Of a stretch of DNA of 64,000 nucleotides, positions 1 through 12,344 are shown one piece after another. How positions within the stretch are numbered: the stretch's first letter is position 1; every line of letters starts with the position of its first letter. Source of the stretch: Chiloscyllium plagiosum (lineage: Eukaryota); the NCBI RefSeq assembly GCF_004010195.1, contig NC_057735.1, positions 39,979,600 through 40,043,599 on the forward strand, in the 5' to 3' direction. The notes beneath the pieces were generated by a model. The model had not been told where the DNA came from. It ran no database searches and worked only from the letters and a program-made list of their open reading frames with translations. A program made the position numbers and the translations under genes.

Positions 1-92
1 CTTACCTACATTGAACTCCATTTGCCACCTTTCTGCCCAGCTCTGCAACTTATCTATATCCCGCTGTAACCTGACACATCCTTCCTCACTCT
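1..92 (-). mobile_element. CR1/HER1 LINE ORF2 fragment (continues off window)
   Basis: Reverse strand matches the W-A-E-R-W-Q-M-E-F-N segment seen in the other CR1 copies (e.g. 44470-44560). Confidence 0.75.
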
Positions 93-830
93 GGATCAGT
101 GGTGCTGGAAGAGAACAGCAATTCGGGCAGCATCCGAGGACAGGCAAAATCGACGTTTCGGGCAAAAGCCCTTCATCAGGAATAAAGGCAGAGAGCCTGA
201 AGCGTGGAGAGATAAGCTCGAGGAGGGTGGGGGTGGGGAGAGAGTAGCATAGAGTACAATGGGTGGGTGGGACACCCGCACCAATCCACCAAATCGCCCC
301 GTGGCTCAACATTTCAACTCCCCCTCTCACTCTGCCGAGGATATGGAGGTGCTGGGCCTCCTCCACCGCCGCTCCTTCACCACCAGACGCCTGGAGGAAG
401 AGCGCCTCATCTTCCGCCTCGGAACACTTCAACCCCAGGGCATCAATGTGGATTTTAACAGTTTCCTCATTTCCCCTTCCCCCACCTCATCCTAGCTTCT
501 AACCTCCAGAAACTCGGTCCCCTGACCTGTCCGGACTTGTCCGATCTGCCCAGCTCCTTTTCCACCTATCCACTCCACCCTCTCCTCCCTGACCTATCAC
601 CTTCATCTCCTTCCCCACTGACCTATTGTACTCTATGCCACTCTCTCCCCACCCCCACCCTCCTCTAGCTTATCTCTCCACGCTTCAGGCTCTCTGCCTT
701 TATTCCTGATGAAGGGCTTTTGCCCGAAACGTCGATTTTGCCTGTCCTCGGATGCTGCCTGAATTGCTGTGCTCTTCCAGCACCACTGATCCAGAATCTG
801 GTTTCCAGCATCTGCAGTCATTGTTTTTAA
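93..830 (+). mobile_element. Penelope-like element 3' end: GIY-YIG endonuclease C-terminus plus pLTR, with an inverted partial pLTR at the 5' end
   Basis: ORF 259-495 PVAQHFNSPSHS...RRLEEERLIFRLGTLQPQGINVDF resembles the PLE endonuclease C-terminus; 93-264 is the reverse complement of about 621-792. Confidence 0.85.
706..735 (+). ncRNA. Minimal hammerhead-ribozyme variant in PLE pLTR (family A)
   Basis: CTGATGA-A-GGGC-TTTT-GCCC-GAAA-CGTCG: catalytic core boxes, 4-bp stem II and an ACGT palindrome in place of stem III; identical inverted copy at 151-180. Confidence 0.7.
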
Positions 831-843
831 CTCACCATACCCC

Positions 844-1678
844 AGTTACGGCACGGGGATTGAACCTCTCTGTTAATTAAAACCGAACACCCAGAAAAGC
901 TCGCCTTGCCTTGTAGTCTGTCAAAATGTGAGTGTCAGAGAGCTCCTAACTTCCACTATTTAAAGAAAAATAGTAATCTATTTTCCTAACTCTAATAGTG
1001 AAAATTAAACAAAAACTATTCACAAATCCGAGCCCCCCCCCATCTTAAGTACTTACTATCTGACCCCAACTCTATAAAAAAAATTGTTGTTCTAATAGTA
1101 CACTTATTAACTGTTACATTAACTTAATCTCAGTACCACACAGTCTCTATCTTCTCCAATGTCTACAACCCTTCTGGCTGCTGATCTCCCTGGGCTGTCT
1201 TTCTTTTTACTGCAAGTATGTTTCACATGAAAAGATATCTTCGATACATTTTCTAATTCCTTTGAGAAAAAGGTGTTAGATGGGCAGATAGCTCTCCGGC
1301 TCTATGGCAGTTGCTCACTCTAATTTTCAAAATGTCCATGTGTTTCATACCACCCCCACCTCACCCCAACACCACACCGAGACACATTAAGTTCATATAA
1401 GTTGATTGGTTTCTGGGTGTCAAAATAATAAATTCAAACTCGATTGGGTTTTAGTATTCTGGGCAAATTTTAAACTGGTTAAATTTGAATGGTTGTCAAA
1501 ACAGCAATCAAAACTCAGGTATCCATTTAACTGCCATTTACTACATATACCTATTTTGGAACAGCCTGTCTCCCAGCCCTTCCATTTGGGTAACTGAGCC
1601 AGCACTTTAAGTTTACTTCAAAATTCAGAAAACACTTTCTGTTTTAAAGTGAACATACATGCTTTTGACTTTGTAACA
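844..1678 (-). mobile_element. Solo LTR related to the Gypsy LTR at 58746-59460
   Basis: Starts (a)gttacggcacgggg...ttaattaaaacc..cacccagaaaag, similar to tgttacgatatgggg...ttaatttaaaacc..cacagaaaag; shared internal blocks (1405-1490 vs 59232-59320); ends taaca; no clean TSD. Confidence 0.7.
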
Positions 1679-1849
1679 GCCCCTAAGTAGTTGCTACTCA
1701 CTAAACTCCCTGGGGTAGACAGAATCCCTGGTACCTGCAGCATATTTGAAAAACCATATTTGGCCACCCAGATAAACAACTGGCATCTCGAAGCTGCCCT
1801 GCTGGGTGCCAGGCTAATTCGGAAAGATGATGGACATAGACATTGGTGT

Positions 1850-2065
1850 TTGAATTTTCCAATAGGGACCTGGAGGTCCTATTAGACAGGGATATATTGT
1901 GAAGGGCTGCCATTGTCTTCCCAGAGTATTGGCAGACACAGCCATGGCACAAGATCCTACCAGCCTGGGATGAGCTCATCACGAGGGTCAGTGCCATCAT
2001 CACGGACTGGAGAGACACTCGGCAACAAGGGAAGAAAGTAAGTGACCTTCTCTGCACTGCCAGTG
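1850..2065 (+). mobile_element. Harbinger-type Myb/SANT DNA-binding domain relic
   Basis: From 1867: DLEVLLDRDIL*RAAIVFP...ILPAWDELITRVSA...RDTRQQGKKVSDLL, trihelix Myb/SANT pattern with an in-frame stop. Confidence 0.6.
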
Positions 2066-2074
2066 TAAATGCCA

Positions 2075-2195
2075 AGAAGGGTCACAGGACCTGAAATGTT
2101 AATTCTGCTGTCTCTCCACAGATGCTGCCGACTTGCTGAGTTTCTCCAGCACTTTTATTTCAGACATCCAGCATCTGCAGTTCTTTGTTTTATTT
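2075..2195 (+). mobile_element. Short PLE-derived repeat (family C) with decayed hammerhead motif
   Basis: aagaagggtcacaggacctgaaatgttaattctg...ccacagatgctgcc..cttgctgagtttctccagca; related copies at 37085 (+) and 8880, 41630, 57765 (-). Confidence 0.6.
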
Positions 2196-2642
2196 AAGTG
2201 CCATATTCGTCTCTCTGCTACTTTATCTCTGCTACAGCGCACACCTCTCGCCGAGGCTCATGTTCAACCCTCTCACTGTTGTCTGCAAAATCTTCCCTCA
2301 CTTGCTTTCACCCACCCCATGTTCTCTGTGTTGCCTACTCAATGACCGCCTTTCCCTGCCTTCACCAGCACTAACAGCTGTTCCAGCCACCTTCATCTCA
2401 CTCAATCTCTGCCTCTCTCTCATTGCAGAAGACAGATAGGGGCTAGACAAGTAGTGGGGTGTCAGACATCACCTTTGAAAAGGATAGGATCCTGGCCCTT
2501 GCAGGTGAAGACCAGTAGGATTTGCTCCTCTGGGAATGCCAAGACATCTACATCCTGCCAACAGTGTAAGTACCACTCTTCACCCCACTGCAACTTTCAA
2601 ATTAAACCCACTATCTGTGTCATTCATTGTACAGACGTTCCA

Positions 2643-4240
2643 ACGGTTAAAGGTGGATAGATCCCCAGGACCTGATCAGGTGTACCCGAGAACTCTGTGG
2701 GAAGCTAGAGAAGTGATTGCTGGGCCTCTTGCTGAGATATTTATATCATCGATAGCCACAGGTGAGGTGACGGAAGACTGGAGGTTGGCAAACGTGGTGC
2801 CACTGTTTAAGAAGGGTGGTAAGGACAAGCCAGGGAACTATAGACCAGTGAGCCTGACCTCGGTGATGGACAAGTTGTTGGAGGGAATCCTGAGGGACAG
2901 GATGTACATGAATTTGGAAAGGCAAGGACTGATTCAGGATTGTCAACATGGCTTTGTGCGTGGGAATTCATGCCTCACAAACTTGATTGAGTTTTTTGAT
3001 GAAGTAACAAAGAAGATTGATGAGGGCAGAGCAGTAGATGTGATCTATGTGGACTTCAGTAAGGCGTTCGACAAGGTTCCCCATGGGAGACTGGTGAGCA
3101 AGGTTAGATCTCATGGAATACAGGGAGAACTAGACATTTGGATACAGAACTGGCTCAAAGGAAAAAGACAGAGGGTGGTGGTGGAGGGTTGTTTTTCAGA
3201 CCGGAGCCATGTGACCAGTGGAGTGCCACAAGGATCGATACTGGGCCCTCTACTTTTTGTCATTTACATAAATGATTTGGATGTGAGCATAAGAGATACA
3301 GTTAGTAAGTTTGCAGATTACACCAAAATTGGAAGTGTAGTGGACAGCGAAGAGGATTGCCTCAGATTACAACAGGATCTTGATCAGATGGGCCAATGGG
3401 CTGAGAAGTGGCAGATGGAGTTTAATTCAGATAAATGCGAGGTGCTGCACTTTGGGAAAGCAAATCTTAGCAGGTCTTATACACTTAATGGTAAGGTCCT
3501 AGGGAGAGTTGCTGAACAAAGAGACCTTGGACTGCAAGTTCATAGCTCCTTGAAAGTCGAGTCGCAGGTAGATAGGATAGTGAAGAAGACGTTTGGTATG
3601 CATTCCTTTATTGGTCAGAGTATTGAGTACAGGAGTTGGGAGGTCATTTTGTGGCTGTACAGGACATTGATTAGGCCACTGTTGGAATATTGCATGCAAT
3701 TCTGGTCTCCTTCCTATCAGAAAGATGTTGTTAAACTTGAAAGGGTTCAGAAAAGATTTACAAGGATGTTGCCAGGGTTGGAGGATCTGAGCTACAGGGA
3801 GAGGCTGAACAGGCTGGGTCTGTTTACCCTGGAGCGTCGGAGGCTGAGGGGTGACCTTATAGAGATTTACAAAATTATGAGGGGCATGGATAGGATAAAT
3901 AGGCGAAGTCTTTTCCCTGGGGTTGGGGAGTCCAGAACTAGAGGGCATAAGTTTAGGGTGAGAGGGGAAAGATATAAAAGAGACCTAAGAGGCAACGTTT
4001 TCATACAGAGGGTGGTACATGTATGGAATGAGCTGCCAGAGGATGTGGTGGAGGCTGGTAAAATTGCAACATTTAAAAGGCATTTGTATGGGTATATGAA
4101 TAGGAAGGATTTGGAGGGTATGGGCCGGGTGCTGTCGGGTGGGACTAGATTGGGTTGGGATATCTGGTCGGCATGGACGGGTTGGACCGAAGGATCTGTT
4201 TCCATGCTGTACATCTCTATGACTCTATGACTCTATGACC
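2643..4240 (+). mobile_element. 5'-truncated CR1/HER1 LINE, RT portion of ORF2 still open
   Basis: KSPGPD-like start, NYRPVSLTSV, DFSKAFDKVPH, GVPQGSILGP, FADY (catalytic DD altered), 3' tail (CTCTATGA)n; no endonuclease domain. Confidence 0.95.
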
Positions 4241-4544
4241 TACTCTCACTTTTGTGTCTTGCAGATTTGAGCAGTATGTCTTGTCTCTCCAGCATGGCTG
4301 AGGAAGAGAGCTGGCATCGCTGCCTCCTCCATTCTGCAGCAGGCAGTCAGATACTGGCACCTCGGTGCGAACTTCAGCTCAGTTGTAGTCAGGAGAACCT
4401 CACTGCCATGTCTCCACAGAGGAAGCAACTCCTCAGACTGCTGGCACTCAGAGGGCAACCAAATACCAGGCATCAGATGGTAAAATTCAATAAAATCTGG
4501 AGTTAAAAGCAGGCCTAATGGTGACAACTGTCGATTGTTGTTCT

Positions 4545-4866
4545 TAGATTAGATTAGATTTAGATTAGATTACTTACAGTGTGGAAACAGGCCCTTCGGC
4601 CCAACACGTCCACACCGACCCTCCGAAGAGCAACCCAACCAGACCCATTCCCCTACATCTAACACTACAGGAAATTTAGCATGGCCAATTCACCTAACCT
4701 GCACATTTTTGGATTGTGGGAGGAAACCGGAGCACCCGGAGGAAACCCACCCAGACACGGGGAGAATGTGCAAACTCCACACAGACAGTTGCCTGAGGCA
4801 GGAATTGAACCTGGGTTTCTGGCGCTGTGAGGCAGCAGTGCTAACCACTGTGCCACCGTGCCGCCC
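4545..4866 (-). mobile_element. HE1-type tRNA-derived V-SINE
   Basis: Head gggcggcacggtggcacagtggttagcactgctgcctcacagc, A/B boxes, CR1-like 3' end, tail reading (TTAGA)n on +. Confidence 0.9.
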
Positions 4867-5509
4867 TTCACTGTGCCACCGTGCCGCTATTAATAAAGAA
4901 GTGTTACTTATGTCCTTATTAATGCTATCCTTACCTGGCCAACGTGTGATTCCAGACCCACAGCAATGTGGTTGACTCTTAATTGGCCTCTGGACATTTA
5001 GAGTGTGCAACAAATGTTGGTCTGGCCAGTATTGCCCGTGTGCTGTGAGTGAATAATAAGCTCCACGTTCCTGGTGCATCCCCTCAGGATGTATTCCTGG
5101 ACCTTGGAATGTAGCAGTCAGCAACAATTGCTTCATAACAGCTCTTTTCACCAAAGACCCAGCGCATTTTCAGCAGGTGAAAAGACAACTTTTACCAAGT
5201 TGATGGTCCTCCAAATGCAGCTGATGTTTGTCTAAGTACATGTGTCCCTTCAAAAAATCTCACGTAGCAGACTCCTGCACACCAGAGCTGTTTGGGATAA
5301 ACCTCAACAAACATCACTCTGTCTCCTGCCTTGGGTGTTGGTGGTGGTGAGTCAGTGAAGAGAAGCCAATACCGTGCAAAGGCAGATATTCCTCTTCCAA
5401 GATTAAAGCCTTACTGGTGTGTTACTTGAGAATGTCATCCAAACTGGAAAATTTGTAATGTATACATTTAAAAAAAACAGGGGTTTGGGATAAGCATCAG
5501 ATAGCTAGG

Positions 5510-5840
5510 CAATGGCCAAGTAAATTATCAATGGACTGTTGATCCAGAGACCCAGGTAATGTTCTAGGGACCTGGGTTTGAATCCGCCATGGAATTTGAA
5601 TTCAATAACTACTTCGATTTAAGAGTCCAATGATGACCATGACTCTATTGCCGATTATTGGAAAACCCGTCTGGTTCACTAATGTCCTTCGGAGAAGGAA
5701 ACTGTCATCCTTACCCAATCTAGCCAACACGTGACTCCAGATCCACAGCAATGTGGTTGACTCTTAACTACCCTCTGGGATGGGCAATAAATGCTGGTCC
5801 AGCCAACAATGCTCCCATCCTGTGAATGAATAAAAAAAAC
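5510..5840 (+). repeat. Interspersed LINE 3'-UTR-like repeat (related copies about 4470-4540, 4920-5060, 31560-31630, 43030-43335, 56000-56290)
   Basis: Recurrent gtgactccagatccacagcaatgtggttgactcttaa...gggcaataaatgctgg blocks and an A-rich end. Confidence 0.55.
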
Positions 5841-5874
5841 CACTCCCCACTCCCCTTCACACCTCCCTACAACA

Positions 5875-6989
5875 TCTTGACATCAAGAACAGCTACATAA
5901 GAATCTTACTCATTGACTACAGTTCAGCCTTCAAACTATTATCCCCTCAAGACTGATTACTAAACTTAGTGATCTCGGACTAAGGCCCACTCTCTGCAAC
6001 AGGCCACAATCAGTGAAGATTGAGGACAATATTTCATCCTCACTAACACTCAACACTGGAGCCATCCAGGATGCGTATTCAGCTCCCCTACTGTACTCAC
6101 TGTATACCCATGACAGCATCGCCAAATACCAGACTAATGCCATTTACAACTTCGCTGATGACATCACCATAGTTGGTCAAATCTCAGATGGCAACGAAAC
6201 AGACAACAGACAGGAGGTGGAAGTGCTGGAAAAATGGGGCACTAAGAACAACCTCGCTCTCAATGCCGGCAAAACCAAGAAACTCATTATTGACTTTTGG
6301 TGGGATGTTACTCATGCCCCCCCAACACAATAATAGCACAGAGGTGGAACAAGTGGAGAGTGTCAAGCTCCTGGGAGTGGTCATCCACAACAATCTTTCT
6401 TGGACTCTTCATGTGGACGCACTGGTTACAAAGACCCAACAATGTCTCTTCTTCCTCAGGCAGCTGAGGAAGTTTGGCATGATGGTGAATACCCTTGCCA
6501 ACTTTTATAGGTGCGCAATAGAGAGCATTTTGTCTGGATGTATCACTACCTGGTATGGCAACTGTAGCATTCAAAATCGGAGACGGTCTCAGAGAGTGGT
6601 GAACTCAGCCTGGACAATCACAAAGGCCAACCTTCCATCTATAGAATCCATCTACCAGGCCCACTTTCAAGGAAAGGCCGCCAGCATTCTCAAAGATTCA
6701 TCCCACCCTGATAATTCTTTTCTACAACCTCTACCATCGGGGAGAAGGTACAGAAGCCTGAACACATGCATCAGCTGGTTTCGCAACAGTTTTTACCCTA
6801 CTGTTGTTAGAATATTGAATGGACTCACAAACTCTTAACATTTGCCTGTACCTACGTTTTTGTTTTTGAAGCTGTTTAGCTATTATTTACTATCTGTGCT
6901 ACTTTACTATGTGATCTGCCTGTATTGCTTGCAAGTCAAAGCTTTTCACTTGCTTCGGTACACGTGACAATAAATTCAATTCAGTTCAG
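5875..6989 (+). mobile_element. Rex1/Babar-clade LINE, 5'-truncated and frameshifted
   Basis: YIRILLIDYSSAF, FADDITIVG, LFFLRQLRKFG, FYRCAIESIL, FRNSFYPTVVRILN; tail aataaattcaattcagttca. Confidence 0.85.
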
Positions 6990-8731
6990 AACTGCATCAT
7001 AGTGAGGGAAGGAGAGGGATAAAACTGGGATCATGTACAGCCTGTTGTGTTTTCTAAACAAAATGGCCACACTAGGCTAGTTACAGTCAGTGACTTTTTA
7101 AGATAATGAAGTAAGGATGTGATAGTGGATAGCCTAATCACTGAGCTTGCAAGGATCAGGGGAGTTGACTACAATTAACGGCTTAGTAAGCTACCTGTTG
7201 AACAGGGCATCAGAGCTGCTGTGAAATGTACCCCAGTTAAACAAGAAGGCCGTATGAGTCTGATAATACAGGCTGACTAACAGTCCAGTGACAGCAGGAG
7301 CCTTCATCTTCAGAAGCAGAGGTGACGAGGGGAAAGAAAACTTAAAAATAACTATCGAAAAGTAACAAAACAAAGACCATGCTGGAGCGATGTACTCAGC
7401 AAACCCATTAACTGTCTCTGCCTTGGTAACTCTGCAATAGCTAGGCAATGGGGTACAGTGCATTTCAATCCCTCAAACACATTATTCATGTAAAAGTCAA
7501 CCCTCACATTTCTGGCTAAAGATTTTCTCTTAGAAACACCACTTTCCCATAACGATGTATGATATCACTAGAACAGTCTGTCCTGAGAGGTCATTTAGTT
7601 TTTCCGAAAATGTTGATATGAAAAGATATGACATAAATAGCAATCAGCCTTTGTTCCACTTGCATATGATTGACGGAAGAGGACACCACTGAGATAACCC
7701 ACAGAGGCTCATTTAATGAACCGCATAATGACCAGACTGGTGCAAGAAACAGTCACTATCTATAACAATAGCAGTTGTGGTATCATTTGGGAACTCGAGC
7801 CATGTGTTGAATGATATGCAAATATCTAACATTCACCCACTTGCTAGTTCACTGGCCCCAGCTGATTTTGAGGATTTAGCTTCACTGTATGGCACAGGGC
7901 CTGCCCTATATCGGGCTTGGCATTGACTACTTGCTCAGGCAATGAGAGAATGCATGCAGGTAGATCTTGTGGCTGTGGTAGTGCAGATAGTTCAGGGAGG
8001 CCACGTTGCTCTGGCAACTTGCATTGCCCTCCAGCTGCATTGGTTTTGTATGGCTCTCTGTGTCATTGTGAAACTCAAGCCTATTAATTCTGCACTAGCT
8101 ATTAATTCTGAAACGCACTATAACCCATTGCCTGCACTACATATTCCCTCTTTTCCTTCTTTCTATAACATTGTTTCATACTGCGTGCCCATGTCAACTT
8201 GCATCTCATCCACAACTGAAACCAATCTACGCTGTCAACTCTCATCACTCATAGTACCCATCCGTGTGTACGTCTATCGGTCCAACGCACCCCGAGAATC
8301 CTTCAGAAACATTAAAATTCTAAAGAACTGATCATTTTTCTGTCCATCTCCTTCATGGTCCACCATGAATGAAAGTAGGAAATACCAGTGTTTGACACAT
8401 TCCTGATAGAGTTAGGATGGATAAAGTTAAAGGGATACAGTCCCATAAAATTAAGTGACCAGGAGTCCACTGGAACTTAATAAAATGTGGCTTGGATCAA
8501 TACATGCCAGATGCCAGCTGGAATGTTTACTCCCACAGGAACATCAATATAAGGATATGGGGTCCGGACCCCAAATTTTGAGTCTACTTTGTACAGAATA
8601 CAGAAACCCATGCCCATACTGAGCAGAAATGTTGGATTACTAAACAGCTTGAGGAAGTTGAAATGCACAGCACAGGATCTCAATAGTCCCATACAAATAA
8701 AATGCCCTCCATTGTCCCATTTACTCTGGTT

Positions 8732-8750
8732 TGACCAGCAGGGGGGGCTA
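8732..8750 (+). promoter_or_regulatory. Putative CTCF-binding motif
   Basis: TGACCAGCAGGGGGGGCTA vs consensus TGGCCACCAGGGGGCGCTA. Confidence 0.45.
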
Positions 8751-9350
8751 CTAATATAAACTTCAAATCAGGCTCATACACACTTGACCTCTGACTTCAG
8801 TCTTTTAACCTTTGACTCTTTTCAATCTACACATTTCATTTCAAATGTCGTTTAATTTGAGTTATTTGAAATGTGGGGAGAGAAACAGAGTTAATATTTT
8901 GAGTCCAATTTGACTGCTCTTCAGAAATTCCTCCCACAATTTCTGATTTTATTTCAAATCTCCAGCACCCAACATGCTTTGCTTTTATTTGAAATGTAAT
9001 TATTTTAGCACAAAGTTATTTACTTTGCCTGGTTCAAATTATTCAATAATTTACACTTTCTAAGCACAATAAAACAGCTTTGATCAGTAAACCAACAATT
9101 CAAATTGCTCATGATAGGACCTAATTAGGCGTTTCCTCTAAGGGATGGAGTCTGTTGGTTCACTGCCAAAGTGATGAAGATAAAAATTATCTATTTTTCC
9201 ATCTAAATAGACATCTCAATTGGCTGTACAGATGTTCCAATTTGTACAGTTATCATCTGTGACATACTGTATAGAAATGAATTTGGATAGCGATAGGGAT
9301 ACAATATAGGATGATTTGCAACAGCTGCCTCTTATATATCCACCCAAATT

Positions 9351-9618
9351 CAGATCCAATGTTATGGCTTTTGTGGCACAGTGATAGTGTCCTTACCTAT
9401 GAGCTAAGAGACCTGGGTTCAAGTCCTATCTGCTCCAGTAGTGCGTAATAACATTGCCAACAGGTTGATTAGAACATAATCAGACCCAGTGTTAGGACTC
9501 TTATGGTGCAATGGTTGTATCTTTACCTTGGAGCCAGGTTCAAGGCCCGCCTATTCCAGAGGTGTGTAATAACACCACTCAACAGGTTGATTAAAGAAAA
9601 CTTTCATATCCAATATTA
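9351..9618 (+). repeat. Tandem pair of short tRNA-derived SINE heads
   Basis: Two about 130-bp units (tggcacagtgatagtgtcc...gggttcaagtcc...aacaggttgatta); related copies at about 23875-23965 and 49640-49765. Confidence 0.65.
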
Positions 9619-9739
9619 TCAATAAAACTTGTGTTTCAAGTATGTTTACAATTGTCAGTTATCGCAACTTGTATGGCTGTTCTCTCTCTCCTTGTCTCTC
9701 TAGATAGATTATCCAAAACTACACTTAGCATATTGACTC

Positions 9740-9990
9740 TTGTTCACCCCCTCTCCGGCCTATCACCCTCACCCTCACCTCCTTCCACCTATCATATTCC
9801 CTGCGCCCCTCCCCCAAATTCCCCCCCACCTTTTATCTCAGCTCGCTTGGCACACCAGCATCATTTCTGAAGAAGGGCTAATGCCCGAAACGTCGATTCT
9901 CCTGCTCCTCGGATGCTGCCTGGCCTGCTGCGCTTCCAGCACCACACTTTTCAACTCTGGTCTCCAGTATCTGCAGTCCTCACTTTCCTC
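9740..9990 (+). mobile_element. PLE pLTR fragment (family A) with hammerhead motif at 9867-9895
   Basis: ctgaagaagggctaatgcccgaaacgtcg followed by the conserved ...ctgcagtcctcactttc terminus. Confidence 0.8.
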
Positions 9991-10836
9991 TTGTTCAGAC
10001 TTTGTTGGCCTGTCCTTTGTTTGAGGCTTTTTTTTTCTTTTTATGTTTTTAATCTGATTGTTGTACCAATGAGGACATGAGATAGTCAGTACAATTCTGA
10101 CCCAGTTAAGAGCCTGGTGCAAGCTTCTTCAAGTCAGAACCACTCAGAACATTATGACAGAGCTACAGTAACATGAGTTTTTACTGTCACCTGCATATTA
10201 CACTGGAGGCAGACCTGAAAAAACCAGCAGCACAGCATTACACCAGAGATACGGAGAACCAGAGGCATATCACAGAATTGCAGTGGCATTGCTGAGAGAT
10301 GGAGTTTATCCTGTTTGACCCAGAGTAATAGGTGTCACAAGCACAAACAATGAGACACAAACAATACTGAACATTACTGAGGAGTGTCCCCTCTAAAGAG
10401 TAAATCGAGATTAGGACTGTTGTATGGAGATGTTTCATCCATTATATTACCAGGAGCTCTGTTTCAATAGCAGACAGAAATGCTGCAGCCCCTGATGACA
10501 CTGAACCAATATAAGCTGTCAAGTGTTTATCTCTGTTGCTGCACTAAGCTGTGATTTTTGTGCCTGAAACAGTGGAATGTAATTGTACAAAATTTATAAT
10601 ATATATATTTATAAATATAATTGCATAAAATGTGACTCACATGAGCAGAAGTATCGAGTCTCTGAATATTGCCAACTTTCCCTCAAGCACTGACAGCTTC
10701 TCATCATTACTTTGCTCCCTAAGCTCTCTATTCTGCAGTAACTTTCAAGTTCCAACTCCCTCTCTTTCCTTTTACCCAGTTTCTTATTTTCCTCATTCTT
10801 CTGCTCACCCAGTCACCAGGAACAGTTTACATAGCA

Positions 10837-11122
10837 TTAGATTAGATTCTCTATAGTCTGGAAGTAGGCTCTTCGGCCCATCTACCCTCATAAGAGTAAC
10901 CCACCCAGACCAATTTCCCTCTGACTAATGCACCTAACTCTGTGGGCAATTTGGCATGGCCAATTCACCTGACCTGCACATCTTTGGACTGTGGGAAGAA
11001 ACCAGAGCACCCGGAGGAAACCCACACAGACACGGGGAGAATGTGCAAACTCCACACATTCGCCTGAGGCTGGAATTGAACCTGGGTCTGTGAGATAGCG
11101 GTGTTAACCACTGTGCCACTGT
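10837..11122 (-). mobile_element. HE1 SINE
   Basis: Same head, body and tail as 4545-4866. Confidence 0.88.
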
Positions 11123-11673
11123 GCTGCTCTTTCGGGTAAACTCTATTCCTCCCTGGCCACAATCGTGTGATCCGGGTTTTTGTTTAAAACTGAGACTCCT
11201 TGGATTATACAGCTGTTTTGAGGTCCCTGGATATGGGATTGCAATTTTTGGAACTACTAAAGTATTACTGCTCCCCCACCCCCATCCCCTGTGTGTTTTA
11301 TGTACAGCTCATTCAGAATGCCATCTGGGGATGTCTGAGAGATACTTGAGTACAGAGGGTTTTAAATTAGTTGCCTAGAACAGACTAAGTAACCGTGGTA
11401 GAAGTGAACGTTATTGTACAGTCAGAGCACCGGTTGGAAATACAGTATCCCATAACAGCATTACAGTTGCCAGACTTCTTGATGTGGCTTTCCATCTGCA
11501 GCCACAGAATTTCTCACTGCAACCATAAATGAACAATAATCATGTTTATCCAGGACTTCAAAGTAGATGCACAAGAGAGCATGCGAACCAGCAAAGAATG
11601 CTCTTTTTTTTATCAGGCACCTTCTAAGGCCACTTCAATTTGTTTTTCTTTCCTTTAAGCTGCTTTATATTTC

Positions 11674-11692
11674 TGGCCACCAGGTGGCAAAC
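11674..11692 (+). promoter_or_regulatory. Putative CTCF-binding motif
   Basis: TGGCCACCAGGTGGCAAAC; core CCACCAGGTGGC matches the CTCF consensus. Confidence 0.5.
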
Positions 11693-12344
11693 TCCTCTCT
11701 TCAGTGAATGGTCCTGATTTTGCTGCTGCAGGGCATCTATTTGCTGTCAGACATCAACATATGCAAGAGGGTTTTTTTTTGTGTGTTATTGCAAATGTGA
11801 GCTGCCAACAGAGAAAACGTCACATCCAGTTCCTGAGTGAGACAGGGGACCTCCTCAACTGGGGAAGCAGAGGTGGTGAGTCATTTCAAAATGGTCAGTT
11901 GAGGAAAACAAACTCGCTAGGGCTATAAGGACAGGGCAGGAGACTGGTACCAATTGGATTGCTCTACATAGAGCTAGCACAGTTTTGATGGGCTGAATAC
12001 CATAAGGATTCAATGCAGGGTCAAGAATCCAACACTCTGGGTTGTGGATCCCATCCCTAAGCTGCATTGATGTCATGATGCTATTTTTAAATGTAAGGAA
12101 GCAAGTGCAGTGCCCAGTTATATTTGCCAATTGCCCCCTGGAGTCAGGTGCTGTCTGCTAGCCCCACTGGCAAAGGCAGATGGCAGCCATCTTGGGGGGC
12201 TGATCCTATCTTGCCAATTAGGGCAAGCTTCTTGGAGTAGAAACGTAGGTAGAGTAGTGGAAAGATTTAATTTGACAGGATTTGATTTGAAGGTGCACAA
12301 AGGGTAAGATCAATAATAAGTATAAAATTTGAGAAGTCCATTCA

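Noticed and set aside
4545-4575. (TTAGA)n as interstitial telomeric repeat
   Set aside because: It is the SINE tail and not TTAGGG
7942-8331. 129-aa ORF as a host gene
   Set aside because: No recognisable domain or splice context
9351-9618. CRISPR-like repeat-spacer array
   Set aside because: The 'spacers' are homologous SINE units, the repeats are degenerate, the context is eukaryotic and there are no cas genes
11166-11457. Short solo LTR (tgtgat...cccataaca)
   Set aside because: Termini look LTR-like but there is no TSD and no second copy to confirm
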